DNA of 64,000 nt from a virus, in the IMG/VR virus record IMGVR_UViG_3300013132_000026, positions 32,001 through 96,000 of that record. One strand, 5' to 3'. Position numbers and translations under genes: made by a program. Each line of letters starts with the position of its first letter. Within the stretch, counting starts at the first letter, position 1. Shown one piece after another: positions 8,384 through 18,006 of the stretch. A model generated the notes under the pieces. That model was not told the origin of the DNA. It did no database searches and saw only the letters and a program-made list of their open reading frames with translations.

Positions 8384-8955
8384 TGAATATAATTCAAATA
8401 GGCTGCAATAATTGTGACGATCACGTCTTTGAGTTCGTCTCTCAAAACAAAGATAAAATTACCAACTTTTTGGTGATTGACGCTATGCCCAAGTGCGTAG
8501 AAATAGCAAAAGATAAATATTTTTTTTTGGGCGAAAAGCTAATTGCAATTAATTGCGCCGTTGGTATCGAAAACAGAATCTTACAATTCTTTTATCCAGA
8601 AAATGACGAAACATCGCCCCACGCTTCGATACTTAGTTTCCATGTAAAAAATCACAGACACCCAAATCTAAAGTCTTTTTACGTTCCGTGTTTAAACATA
8701 AACAACATCGTCGATATTTTTGACAATGGAGTCGATAGACTTTACGTCGATATGGAAGGTCTTGATGTAGTCACTCTGCTTTCTTTAGATTACAATAACT
8801 GTAAACCCAAGTACATAGAATACGAGTTCTATCATTCAGACGGGTCTTTTTCTAGCGGTAAAAATCATGCACAGCTAGTCGATCTTTTAAGGAATCACGG
8901 ATACAGCATAAGGAAATCTAGCGAATATAATGCGGTAGCAGAATATAATTCATGA
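8383..8955 (+). CDS. FkbM-family methyltransferase
   Basis: IIQIGCN, INCAVG and LYVDMEGLD motifs. Confidence 0.8.
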   Translation: MNIIQIGCNNCDDHVFEFVSQNKDKITNFLVIDAMPKCVEIAKDKYFFLGEKLIAINCAVGIENRILQFFYPENDETSPHASILSFHVKNHRHPNLKSFYVPCLNINNIVDIFDNGVDRLYVDMEGLDVVTLLSLDYNNCKPKYIEYEFYHSDGSFSSGKNHAQLVDLLRNHGYSIRKSSEYNAVAEYNS

Positions 8956-9653
8956 AATTTGGATCTAAAACTGGAGGACTCGGAGATATCCTTCTGCTTA
9001 CATCTGTTTGTAAATATTTCCCAAACAGGTTCACAATTCAACTGCCCAAAGAAAAGGAGCGGTTCAAGATCCTATTTACCGGACTAGCTCAAGTAGAAAT
9101 CTGTGACCAAAACGAAATTCAGCCACTTCTAGATATTGGAACTGGACATTACGCAACAAGAAAGCTTCGAAACTTTTTTGGCGAAGCTGCGGACGGAATG
9201 AACAATCGACCTCTCGTTCTTCACTCGAATCCAGAAGATGAAAAGTGGGCTTACGAGTTTTTAAAAAAGATTGGCCCAGCAGCGGTATTTGTCCCGACCT
9301 GTTCAAAAGAGTGGGCTGCGGTGCGGAATCTTCCAAAGAAGGCTATCGATTTTTCCATCGATCAAATCAAATCCACTGGATCTACGCCAATCGTTTGTCA
9401 ATCATCGAGCAATAGAATCGAGACATCTGAAATCGAACTAGTCGATTTAGACTTGTCTAAATACATTTCTCTGCTGCGCCAAACTGGTGGATACTGTGGA
9501 GCGAATACTGGCGATGAACATTTAGCCGCCGCAGTTGGCTGCATGACATACGTTTTTCAACCTAGGGACGGCAAAGGCTTCTTCGCGTCTGAGTGGAACT
9601 ACGACCACCCCTGTTCAGCTTACTATATTTGGGATGATAACATTACCAGTTGA
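8952..9653 (+). CDS. GT9 (heptosyltransferase-like) glycosyltransferase
   Basis: GGLGDILLLT and YCGANTGDEHLAAAVG motifs. Confidence 0.7.
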   Translation: MKFGSKTGGLGDILLLTSVCKYFPNRFTIQLPKEKERFKILFTGLAQVEICDQNEIQPLLDIGTGHYATRKLRNFFGEAADGMNNRPLVLHSNPEDEKWAYEFLKKIGPAAVFVPTCSKEWAAVRNLPKKAIDFSIDQIKSTGSTPIVCQSSSNRIETSEIELVDLDLSKYISLLRQTGGYCGANTGDEHLAAAVGCMTYVFQPRDGKGFFASEWNYDHPCSAYYIWDDNITS

Positions 9654-9978
9654 TGAGGGCTACGCCTACGATTACTTGGCTATATTGCAAATAAAGGTAA
9701 ACAAGAATGTTGCAAATAGCGGCAATGCTTTTACGCAATGTTACGATCACATCGTGAATGAAGTGGGGACCGATCTGCATTCTCGAATCTGCCGTTCATC
9801 AGAGTTCTTTGCTTTAATACAAGCAAACGAAAAGACTTTCGATTGCGTTGAACGCGCTAGATACGGCGAGATTTCAGCTAAGGAGGTCGATGAAGCAAAT
9901 ATGGGAAGATATCGGTGCAAAGTTAATCTACAAAAGAAATTCTTTCCATTATCTAACGTCACAGAGCAAAAAAGTTGA
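9634..9978 (+). CDS. Hypothetical protein (DUF6165-like) in glycan cluster
   Basis: MITLPVDEGYAYDYLAILQIK...N.GRYRCK...EQKS pattern. Confidence 0.5.
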   Translation: MITLPVDEGYAYDYLAILQIKVNKNVANSGNAFTQCYDHIVNEVGTDLHSRICRSSEFFALIQANEKTFDCVERARYGEISAKEVDEANMGRYRCKVNLQKKFFPLSNVTEQKS

Positions 9979-10008
9979 ATTAGTTTCTTAAATAAAATCT
10001 TCAAAAAA

Positions 10009-11043
10009 ATGAAAAACGTAATTATTACTGGCGTCACGGGTCAGGATGGCAGTTTAATGGTAGACTTTCTTCTCAAGAACACGACGTACAATATTTATGG
10101 TGCGGTTCGTAGACTCAGCGTTTCGAATCACACGAACATCAGCCATGTAACGAACGAACGTTTCAAGCTGATCGATCTCGATATCACAGATCCGCAAAGC
10201 GTCGAGATTGCAATCGAGAAATACAAACCAGACTATTTCGTCAATTTCGCCGCCAATTCTTTTGTTGGTTCTAGTTGGCAAATGCCAGCTAACCATATGC
10301 ACACGAATTGTCTCGCGGTAATGTATCAACTCGAAGCAATTCGAAAGTTCGCGCCCGCTTGCCGCTACTACAACGCTGGTTCTTCCGAAGAGTTTGGTGA
10401 TGTTCTTTCTGTTCCTCAGAATGAAACGCATCCACTTCGTCCACGCAGTCCATATGGCGCATCTAAAGCTGCTGCTCGCCATATCGTAAAAGTTTGGCGC
10501 GAGTCATATAATGTTTTCGCAGTTCAAGGCTGGCTATTTAACCACGAAGGAGTTCGCAGGGGCAAGGAGTTTGTTACTCGAAAAATCACTACTAATGTTG
10601 CTCGTCTCCGCAAAGAGCTTCGCGATGGGCAAAAGGTAAATCCGCTCAGTCTTGGAAACTTGAGCGCAAAGCGCGACTGGAGCGACGCAGAAGACTTTGT
10701 AGAGGGTGTTTGGCTTATGCTTAATAACTCGACACCCAAGGAGTACGTTCTTTCCTCAAATGAAACCCACACGGTTCGTGAGTTTGTAACGTTATCTTTC
10801 AAGGCTGCTAATATTGAAGGATACTGGGAAGGTGAGGCTGGATCGCTCGAAGAAAAGTTCATTCACCTTGGAACAAAGCAGGCACTCGTAGTTGTTGATC
10901 CAAAGTTCTTCCGCCCAGCAGAAGTCGAGATCTTGCTCGGTGATTCTACATTTGCCCGCAGAGATCTGAATTGGGTTCCGCGCATCTCATTCCAGCAGCT
11001 TGTCACGAAGATGACAGAGAGCGACTTGAAGAATAATCCATGA
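10009..11043 (+). CDS. gmd: GDP-mannose 4,6-dehydratase
   Basis: ITGVTGQDGS, PRSPYGASK, LFNHE, FVTRKIT, LGNLSAKRDW and FRPAEV motifs. Confidence 0.95.
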   Translation: MKNVIITGVTGQDGSLMVDFLLKNTTYNIYGAVRRLSVSNHTNISHVTNERFKLIDLDITDPQSVEIAIEKYKPDYFVNFAANSFVGSSWQMPANHMHTNCLAVMYQLEAIRKFAPACRYYNAGSSEEFGDVLSVPQNETHPLRPRSPYGASKAAARHIVKVWRESYNVFAVQGWLFNHEGVRRGKEFVTRKITTNVARLRKELRDGQKVNPLSLGNLSAKRDWSDAEDFVEGVWLMLNNSTPKEYVLSSNETHTVREFVTLSFKAANIEGYWEGEAGSLEEKFIHLGTKQALVVVDPKFFRPAEVEILLGDSTFARRDLNWVPRISFQQLVTKMTESDLKNNP

Positions 11044-11969
11044 ACAAGTTTCTTAAGTATTGCTTGTTCAATGAGTTAGATACTCGAAGAATCGATCCAC
11101 CGAGAGATCCATTCTCGGTAAAGCTTTACAAGAACGAAGCGCACTTTTCTCTGCGTGACTCGCAGCTAAAGGTCGAGCGTCGGCACGAAAACGTTGATCC
11201 GATGCGATTTAACTTCTTTGTAGACTTCACGCAGCAGACGATCAAACATCTTAACCTTCAAAATCTTAACTTTGGCTTTATAGTTAATTTTAATGACGGA
11301 CCAGAGAACGAGGCCACAGAGACCCGCTTTTGCTTTGCCAGACCTAGAAACAGCCCCCATATCTGCGTTCCTGACTCTCATATAAGCCGATTATCGTCGA
11401 TTTGTGAGGCTATCCCATCTTGGGATATACCCTTTGACGAAAAGCTCGATAAAATGCTCTTTATAGGGTCAGATACGGGTCGAAAGTACCCAGACGGTAC
11501 TGTTCAGCGGGTAAACTTCTGTAAACGCTACCAAAACAGCGAAGAGATCGTTGCTAAGATCAATAACTTCGTTGAACAGCCATTCGACGCCTGCATCTAT
11601 GGCGAAACCGAGTCGATTCGCGATCAACTCAAGTACAAATACTTGTTAAACATTAACGGCAACACAACGTCTTGGGAGCGGCTAATCTGGATCATGAAGT
11701 CAAATTCGTTCTGCGTCTTTTTAAAGCCGCCTGCCCACCAAAATGAGATTTCTTGGTACTACCACTGTTTCGAGCTTCTTCAGCCATTCATTTATATCGA
11801 TGAGCTTGGCGCGGATAACTTTATGGCAGTCGCAAAAGACTTGGAGCCGCAAATCTCTCTGCTGAAAGACTTTCAGAGAAGCTACGCAGAAATGCTCGGA
11901 AAGATCGACTTTCACGCTCATTACTACGCTCAAGTGTTAGTGAACTACAACGCCCTACTTAAAACATGA
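11040..11969 (+). CDS. Glycosyltransferase family 90 (CAP10/POGLUT-like)
   Basis: KMLFIGSDTG and KYKYLLNINGNTTSWERLIWIMKSNS...WYY motifs. Confidence 0.75.
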   Translation: MNKFLKYCLFNELDTRRIDPPRDPFSVKLYKNEAHFSLRDSQLKVERRHENVDPMRFNFFVDFTQQTIKHLNLQNLNFGFIVNFNDGPENEATETRFCFARPRNSPHICVPDSHISRLSSICEAIPSWDIPFDEKLDKMLFIGSDTGRKYPDGTVQRVNFCKRYQNSEEIVAKINNFVEQPFDACIYGETESIRDQLKYKYLLNINGNTTSWERLIWIMKSNSFCVFLKPPAHQNEISWYYHCFELLQPFIYIDELGADNFMAVAKDLEPQISLLKDFQRSYAEMLGKIDFHAHYYAQVLVNYNALLKT

Positions 11970-12193
11970 ACTCATTCATCGTAATTATACTCGTATCTTT
12001 CGGAGCACTGATGTTTCTCCTCGGCTACTTCTTTCCGTTTCGTATGCGAAAGTTTAAGCCAGAAAAGAAAACTACCAACTCGGATGCGGTTTACTACGTT
12101 GTAAATATTAACTCTACAGATTACGCTTTTACGTTCGAACAGCTTGACGTTGCCGAAAAACGTGCTAAGAAGCTCGACATAGACGTATTCTAA
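11966..12193 (+). CDS. Small membrane-anchored hypothetical protein
   Basis: N-terminal TM helix; overlaps both neighbours. Confidence 0.6.
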   Translation: MNSFIVIILVSFGALMFLLGYFFPFRMRKFKPEKKTTNSDAVYYVVNINSTDYAFTFEQLDVAEKRAKKLDIDVF

Positions 12194-12819
12194 TGAGCAA
12201 TCAAAACACAGTTGAACTTATCGGTTTCTATGGCGATGACCTAACGCACGCTTGCTCTGCTTGGACATCAACGAGCAGAGAAGTTACTCCAGAGAAGAAG
12301 AGCCGCATTGGTTCGCTTCTTAAAATGCTCGCGGAGAATGGACACCACACTCCATTCGAAAAGTCTTCACTTCACTTCCTAATTAAGACGGATATCGCTA
12401 GTCATGTGCATTTAATCAAGCACCGGGTTGGCGTATCGGTGAACGGCGAGTCTGCTCGCTACAAAGAGATCAAGGAAGACAACTTTTTGCTGCCCGAAGA
12501 TTGGCCCGTAGAGTGGCGCGACATCATGAAAGCGTACACTGAGCGTGGCCTCGATCTTTATCACAAGTGCGTCGAAGATCTTGTTAAGAATCACGGTTTT
12601 GATCGTAAGCGGGCCAAAGAGTCGGCTCGATTCTTCCGACCGTACAATACACAGATCACGTCCGACGTTATGTTCAACTGGCGTTCATTTTATCACTTTT
12701 TAAACCTGAGAAACAAGCCTGACGCTCAAAAAGAGATCCGAGACATCGCAAGTCAGATGCTAGAGCTAGTAAAACAAACAAATAAGTTTCCACTTACAAT
12801 CGAGGCATTTGGAGTGTAA
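12193..12819 (+). CDS. thyX: Flavin-dependent thymidylate synthase
   Basis: HHTPFEK, KHRVGVSVNGESARY and LRNKPDAQKEIR motifs. Confidence 0.95.
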   Translation: MSNQNTVELIGFYGDDLTHACSAWTSTSREVTPEKKSRIGSLLKMLAENGHHTPFEKSSLHFLIKTDIASHVHLIKHRVGVSVNGESARYKEIKEDNFLLPEDWPVEWRDIMKAYTERGLDLYHKCVEDLVKNHGFDRKRAKESARFFRPYNTQITSDVMFNWRSFYHFLNLRNKPDAQKEIRDIASQMLELVKQTNKFPLTIEAFGV

Positions 12820-12831
12820 ATATGAGTAACG

Positions 12832-13263
12832 ATGCCTACGGAACTTCTCAGCTTATTCGGTGGAGCCGCTACGGGCTTCATTTTCCGTATCATCGCAGTT
12901 AAGGCTCAAGAAAGCCGCGCTCGCTTCGACCGAATGATGCGAGCTATCGACAAGAGCGACGAGTCGGCAGACAGAGCCGCGAAAAGAGACTTAGACGGTG
13001 GGAAAATCGTAAGGCAGTTTATTGTAATTGCCGTAATATTTTCTATCGTCATTTCTCCGTTTGTGATGGCTTTGTTGGACATCCCAACCTATCTGGAAGT
13101 CGATTACCAAGAAGGCGGCGGTCTTTTTGGTCTTCTCGGGTCTAAAACGAACAAAGCTTTCGTTGAGATCGCTGGCAATTTGATCACTTCCGAGATCAGA
13201 CAGTGCTTGATCGCCATTACTGGCTTTTACTTCGGATCTGCATCCGCTTCGAACAAGTCATAA
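12832..13263 (+). CDS. Membrane protein, possibly holin-like
   Basis: Hydrophobic segments ending in AITGFYFGS; GTGTAA at 12814-12819. Confidence 0.5.
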   Translation: MPTELLSLFGGAATGFIFRIIAVKAQESRARFDRMMRAIDKSDESADRAAKRDLDGGKIVRQFIVIAVIFSIVISPFVMALLDIPTYLEVDYQEGGGLFGLLGSKTNKAFVEIAGNLITSEIRQCLIAITGFYFGSASASNKS

Positions 13264-13268
13264 AAGAC

Positions 13269-13297
13269 TTGACATTCTCAACGGTTCCTGTTCTGAT
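13269..13297 (+). promoter_or_regulatory. Sigma70-type promoter for the replication operon
   Basis: TTGACA-N17-TCTGAT, 8 nt before ATG 13306. Confidence 0.5.
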
Positions 13298-13305
13298 CTA
13301 TTCGC

Positions 13306-13635
13306 ATGAAAGCGAAGATCAATAGGAAATCTATCTTAGAGAATCTCTTAAAAGCCCCAGAAGGGGCCGACGCTAATTTCTGGAAGCGCGAGATGACTTT
13401 TCTCAAGCGTCTTGAGAAGAAGTATGGCCTCGCATTTTTGAAGCAATTCGTTCCAAATAAGAAGGTTCCGACGTTGGCATTCTTTTACGCCGATTGGCAG
13501 CAGAAGTTGCTTGAAACCGAGTCGAAGGAGTTTTACTATAAAAACCTTCACAAAGCTGACTTGTCTAAGGTGGACAAAGTTGGAGAGGATGCTGAAGTTA
13601 AACCCAAGAAAACTATTAAAGGATTTTTATCATGA
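13306..13635 (+). CDS. Hypothetical protein
   Basis: 109-aa ORF after the promoter, ATGA-coupled to recA. Confidence 0.65.
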   Translation: MKAKINRKSILENLLKAPEGADANFWKREMTFLKRLEKKYGLAFLKQFVPNKKVPTLAFFYADWQQKLLETESKEFYYKNLHKADLSKVDKVGEDAEVKPKKTIKGFLS

Positions 13636-14780
13636 GCCGCAAAGCAAAAGAAGAAGAAAAAGACGACACAATCTCATCAAAGAGCATTTTAGGTTCTTTC
13701 TTAAAGAACAACAAAGAGGACCATTACAATTTCGAGAACGTAGTAAACTATCGCGTATCGACTGGTTCGCTTAATCTAGATATGCAGACAGACGGAGGTC
13801 TTGGGCCGGGTCTGCACCGATTCGTTGGATTTACAGAAGGAGGCAAAACTTCTGCCGCTCTTCAAGTTATGCTTAACTTTTTGAAGACGGTCCCAAAAGG
13901 CAAAGGTTTTTACGTCAAAGCAGAAGGACGCCTTTCCGATGAGATGATGAAGCGTTCGGGCATAAAGTTTGTATTTGATGCCGACGAGTGGGAAGATGGA
14001 ACGTGCTTCGTATTCGAATCGAACATCTACGAAACTGTTGTAGACGCAATGCGCCAACTTGTTCAGTTTAACGAAGAGGAGAACAAGTATATGTTTATCC
14101 TAGATTCTGTTGACGGTCTAATCACGAAGGGCGATTTGGCTAAGACTTTCGAAGACTCTACAAAGGTAGCTGGCGGCGCAGTTATCGCGGCCAACTTCAT
14201 GAAGCGTATGTCCATCGGGCTGTCGAAGCGCGGCCACATGGCAATCTTTATTTCTCAGGTCCGTAGCGACATTAAGCTCGATCCGTACTCAGCGGCTCCG
14301 ATTCGCCAAACTTCAGCAACTGGCGGCAACGCTCTGCTTCACTTCTCGAACTTCATCTTTGAATTCGAACCACGATTCGAGGGCGACGTAATACTTAAAG
14401 ACCCCTCGATCAAGAAAGCCGATCCAGTTAAGAATCCGATCATCGGTCATATGTGCAAGATTTACATCAAGAAGAGTCCAAACGAAAAGAGCAAGACTCG
14501 TTTCTCGTACCCAATTAAGTATGGCAGAAGTGATGGTCGATCCATTTGGGTCGAGAAGGAAATCGTAGAGATGCTGCTCCTTTGGGAACTCGTCACAAAG
14601 GCTGGAGCTTGGTACAACATTACCGACGACTTAGCCGCGCTCTTGAAGGAAAACGGTCTTTCCATGCCCGAAAAGTTTCAGGGAGAGAATGCCCTGTTCT
14701 CACATATCGAGTCTGATCAAAAACTTGTAAGCTTCTTGCACAAATACTTCGTTGAAGAGATCGCGAGCAAACGGGAATGA
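13632..14780 (+). CDS. recA: RecA/UvsX-like recombinase
   Basis: STGSLNLD, Walker A GFTEGGKTS, ILDSVDGL, IFISQVR, TGGNALLH and KAGAWY motifs. Confidence 0.9.
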   Translation: MSRKAKEEEKDDTISSKSILGSFLKNNKEDHYNFENVVNYRVSTGSLNLDMQTDGGLGPGLHRFVGFTEGGKTSAALQVMLNFLKTVPKGKGFYVKAEGRLSDEMMKRSGIKFVFDADEWEDGTCFVFESNIYETVVDAMRQLVQFNEEENKYMFILDSVDGLITKGDLAKTFEDSTKVAGGAVIAANFMKRMSIGLSKRGHMAIFISQVRSDIKLDPYSAAPIRQTSATGGNALLHFSNFIFEFEPRFEGDVILKDPSIKKADPVKNPIIGHMCKIYIKKSPNEKSKTRFSYPIKYGRSDGRSIWVEKEIVEMLLLWELVTKAGAWYNITDDLAALLKENGLSMPEKFQGENALFSHIESDQKLVSFLHKYFVEEIASKRE

Positions 14781-15187
14781 AATTTAAAACCATCAATGGC
14801 AAAGAGCGTTTCTTAAAAAACGCAAAGAATTATGCTGTGAAATGGGACAAAGGCTGCAGAAGCAAAATCCAGTTTCGCGTAAAGCAGTTTCTTTATCCTT
14901 ATTGGAAGCACGACATTGTGTTCGAAGAGTTGCGCATCGTAGGCACGCGCCTATCTTTGGACCTTTACAACGCCAACAAGAAGGTCGCCATTGAGGTTCA
15001 GGGCAAGCAGCACCAGACTTATAATGAATTTTTTCACGGGAATGATCGCCAAAAATGGCTATCGCAACTCAGAAGAGACGATCTTAAGTTGAATTTCTGC
15101 TTGACAAACGGTATTAAGCTCATAGAGATCTACGAAGACGACGAACTGTCGCTAGACTTGTTCGCCAAATATGGACTCATCTTATGA
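14777..15187 (+). CDS. DUF559/Vsr-like PD-(D/E)xK endonuclease
   Basis: LDLYNANKKVAIEVQGKQH...RRDDLK...GIKLIEI motif. Confidence 0.75.
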   Translation: MKFKTINGKERFLKNAKNYAVKWDKGCRSKIQFRVKQFLYPYWKHDIVFEELRIVGTRLSLDLYNANKKVAIEVQGKQHQTYNEFFHGNDRQKWLSQLRRDDLKLNFCLTNGIKLIEIYEDDELSLDLFAKYGLIL

Positions 15188-15432
15188 ACGAACCAACTGA
15201 AGAAAAACCAAAGGACTTTGTTTTCCCAACAGAACTCATCGAGCAAATCTATGAGCTTTCTGGCGGGGCAGAAACTTACAAAGGTGTAGTAGTTTGCGTG
15301 TGCTCTTCGAAAGGAACGCCGCAAATCTATACGCGATTCGAATCGGTTCTCACTTCTCTTGGCATGAAAAAAGCCTTGGAGCAGTGGCTGGTCAACGAAG
15401 ATAACAAGCTCACAGAACAAGAATCCGAATAA
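15184..15432 (+). CDS. Hypothetical protein
   Basis: 82-aa ORF coupled to both neighbours. Confidence 0.65.
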   Translation: MNEPTEEKPKDFVFPTELIEQIYELSGGAETYKGVVVCVCSSKGTPQIYTRFESVLTSLGMKKALEQWLVNEDNKLTEQESE

Positions 15433-16952
15433 TGCTCTACTCTCTAGAAGTCGAAAAGCAATTTCTCGCTGGACTAATTCAGCATCCAGAAACTTACGCA
15501 GAGATTTGCGACTTTATCTCCGAGTCAGATTTTTATTCTGACGATACGGTAGTTCACAAGACGATCTACCATATCGTAAAAAAATGTATCGAAGCGAGCG
15601 ATAAAGTCGATGAGATCATTATCGCGCAGCGAATCAAAGAAATCGGAATCTCATTCAAGGATAACATCGACATCTTTGACTATCTTCGCTCGCTTGCTGT
15701 TCGCAAGACGAACAAGAACACGGCAGTAATGGCCGCGAAGGAAGTGAAGAAGTATTCGATTCGCCGCTCGATTCACTCGTCAGCTCTTGAGGTTGCCGAG
15801 AAGATGAAGAAGATGGCTCCCGACTCTTCGTATCAAACGATCATCGACGAAGCGGACACAACATTCAATAAGATCATCAATATTTATGAGAACAACGAAG
15901 AAAAGCCAATCAACATCTTTGAAGAGATGGAGAGCGTCATTGAAGAACGCGGTAATAACCCCGTTACTGAGTTTGGTCTCATGGGGCCGTTTCCCACTAT
16001 TAATAAGGTTTACGGCTCTCTTCTCCGCCCCGGTAATATTACAGTTATTGTCGCCCGATCTGGCGTAGGTAAGACGCTTCTTGCCCTTAACTACACGACG
16101 AAGGTATCGGCTCAGTACGATGTTCCCGTTCTTCACTTCGATAACGGCGAAATGAGCAAAGAGGAAGTGATCATGCGTCAATGCGCCGCATTGAGTCACG
16201 TTCCGATGCATCTTCTCGAAACTGGTCTCTGGCGTAAAGCTGGTGACGATGTTGTTCAGCGCGTGCGCTCAACGTGGGCGAAGATCAAGAATCTCAAGTT
16301 TTATTATTACAACGTTGGCGGCATGACAACCGATCAGATGATCAATAATCTGAAGCGGTTCTACTACTCGAAGATTGGTCGCGGGAACAAGCTCATCTTT
16401 AGCTTCGACTACATCAAGCCGTCTGCCGATGCGGACGGTAATCGTCCAGAGTGGCAAGTGATCGGTGATATGTTGAATAAGTTCAAGAAGACGATTCAGC
16501 GCGACACCGTTCAAGATCAAAAGCCGATGATCACGATGTTCTCATCTATTCAGTCGAATAGAGGCGGCATCACAACAAATAGAAACTCGGACTCGATTAA
16601 TGACGACGAGAGTATCGTGTCGATGTCTGACCGCATCACCCACTACTGTTCGCACATGGCGATTCTTCGCCCAAAGACAGCGGACGAGCAACAGGAAGAG
16701 GGCGCGGCATTCGGGTCTCACAAGCTTATCTTCGTTAAGAGCCGCTTCTTAGGCTCCGACGTTGCAGGCGCACTTCAGCTAGTTAGAATTCAAGACGGTT
16801 CACTTAAAAAGAATTTTATCAATCTTCAATTCCACAACTTCGATATTGAAGAGCGCGGTGACTTGCGAGACATTGTAAATTCAGTAGACACAGGTCAAAC
16901 AACGCTTAGAAGAAACCACGATGCGGACGATGTCCCAAACTTCAACAGTTGA
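15432..16952 (+). CDS. dnaB: Replicative DNA helicase
   Basis: DnaB N-domain (YSLEVEKQFLAGLI); Walker A ARSGVGKT; EM, FDYIK and QSNR motifs. Confidence 0.9.
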   Translation: MLYSLEVEKQFLAGLIQHPETYAEICDFISESDFYSDDTVVHKTIYHIVKKCIEASDKVDEIIIAQRIKEIGISFKDNIDIFDYLRSLAVRKTNKNTAVMAAKEVKKYSIRRSIHSSALEVAEKMKKMAPDSSYQTIIDEADTTFNKIINIYENNEEKPINIFEEMESVIEERGNNPVTEFGLMGPFPTINKVYGSLLRPGNITVIVARSGVGKTLLALNYTTKVSAQYDVPVLHFDNGEMSKEEVIMRQCAALSHVPMHLLETGLWRKAGDDVVQRVRSTWAKIKNLKFYYYNVGGMTTDQMINNLKRFYYSKIGRGNKLIFSFDYIKPSADADGNRPEWQVIGDMLNKFKKTIQRDTVQDQKPMITMFSSIQSNRGGITTNRNSDSINDDESIVSMSDRITHYCSHMAILRPKTADEQQEEGAAFGSHKLIFVKSRFLGSDVAGALQLVRIQDGSLKKNFINLQFHNFDIEERGDLRDIVNSVDTGQTTLRRNHDADDVPNFNS

Positions 16953-18006
16953 TCCGTTGATCCTCAAAGGGTCACTAGAGTCTATGGGCTACAAGCTCAA
17001 AGACTATGGCAGTTATTGGCGAGCTTGCGCGATTTATCGTGGAGGAGATAACACAACTGCGCTCAAGATCTACAAGAACAGCGGCGTCTGGACCGACTAC
17101 GCTCAAGGCAGCACAAAGAGCTATCCGTTTCAGCGTCTCGTTGAGCTTACGCTAGATACCAAGGAATCGCACATCATAAATAAGTATGTAAAGTTCGATC
17201 CTCAGAATATAATACACGCCGAAGTAAAAGAGAGAATCGAAATGGAAAAGATCTACCCAGAATCGCTTTTAGACAATCTTTTGCCGCATCTTGACTTTTA
17301 TCAGAAGAAAAAGATCTCAGACGCGACGCTTCAGTTTTATAAGTGTGGGTATGCGACTGGCGGTCAAATGTTCAAGCGCATCGTTTTTCCGATTTACAAT
17401 CAGTACGGTCAGATTCACGGTTTTTCTGGTCGCGCACCGCTTTGGCAGAAGAGCGACGAGTTTCCAAAATGGAAGCACCTTGGAAAGCGGGCAAACTGGG
17501 TCTATCCGCTATACATGAAACGCAACGGAATCGAAGAAGTCCGCGAATCCATAGAGAAGTCTAAGCGCGTATTTATCGTCGAAAGTATTGGCGACAGCAT
17601 GGCTCTTTTCGAAAACGGCTATAAAAATAACCTTGCCACGTTTGGCTTGGGAGTTTCTTCGAAATTCTGCTCCGCGCTGCTTTCTTTGGACGTTGATAAA
17701 ATTACTATTGCTTACAACAACGATTCGTCTTCCGAGATAAATCACGGTCTTGTCTCTGCCTGTAAAGCCTATTTGCAGCTTTTATCCGTTTTCGACCCGT
17801 CGAAACTCGAAATTAGACTCCCGCCAAGAAATGACTTTTCGGATCTTTTTCTAGAAGAGGGTTGCCACGAAGTTTTTCAAGAATGGCTCAAGAAAGAAAT
17901 TCGCCAAGCCGATCAGATAAATGCTATTTTAGAAATAGCTGTTGCAAATAAATTCCCCGACAATTTAGTCGAAAGGGCAAAAAAGTTAGTAGAAGACATT
18001 GGATAA
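16921..18006 (+). CDS. dnaG: DNA primase (Toprim)
   Basis: RIVFPIYNQYGQIHGFSGR, FIVESIGD and IAYNND motifs; follows dnaB. Confidence 0.85.
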   Translation: MRTMSQTSTVDPLILKGSLESMGYKLKDYGSYWRACAIYRGGDNTTALKIYKNSGVWTDYAQGSTKSYPFQRLVELTLDTKESHIINKYVKFDPQNIIHAEVKERIEMEKIYPESLLDNLLPHLDFYQKKKISDATLQFYKCGYATGGQMFKRIVFPIYNQYGQIHGFSGRAPLWQKSDEFPKWKHLGKRANWVYPLYMKRNGIEEVRESIEKSKRVFIVESIGDSMALFENGYKNNLATFGLGVSSKFCSALLSLDVDKITIAYNNDSSSEINHGLVSACKAYLQLLSVFDPSKLEIRLPPRNDFSDLFLEEGCHEVFQEWLKKEIRQADQINAILEIAVANKFPDNLVERAKKLVEDIG

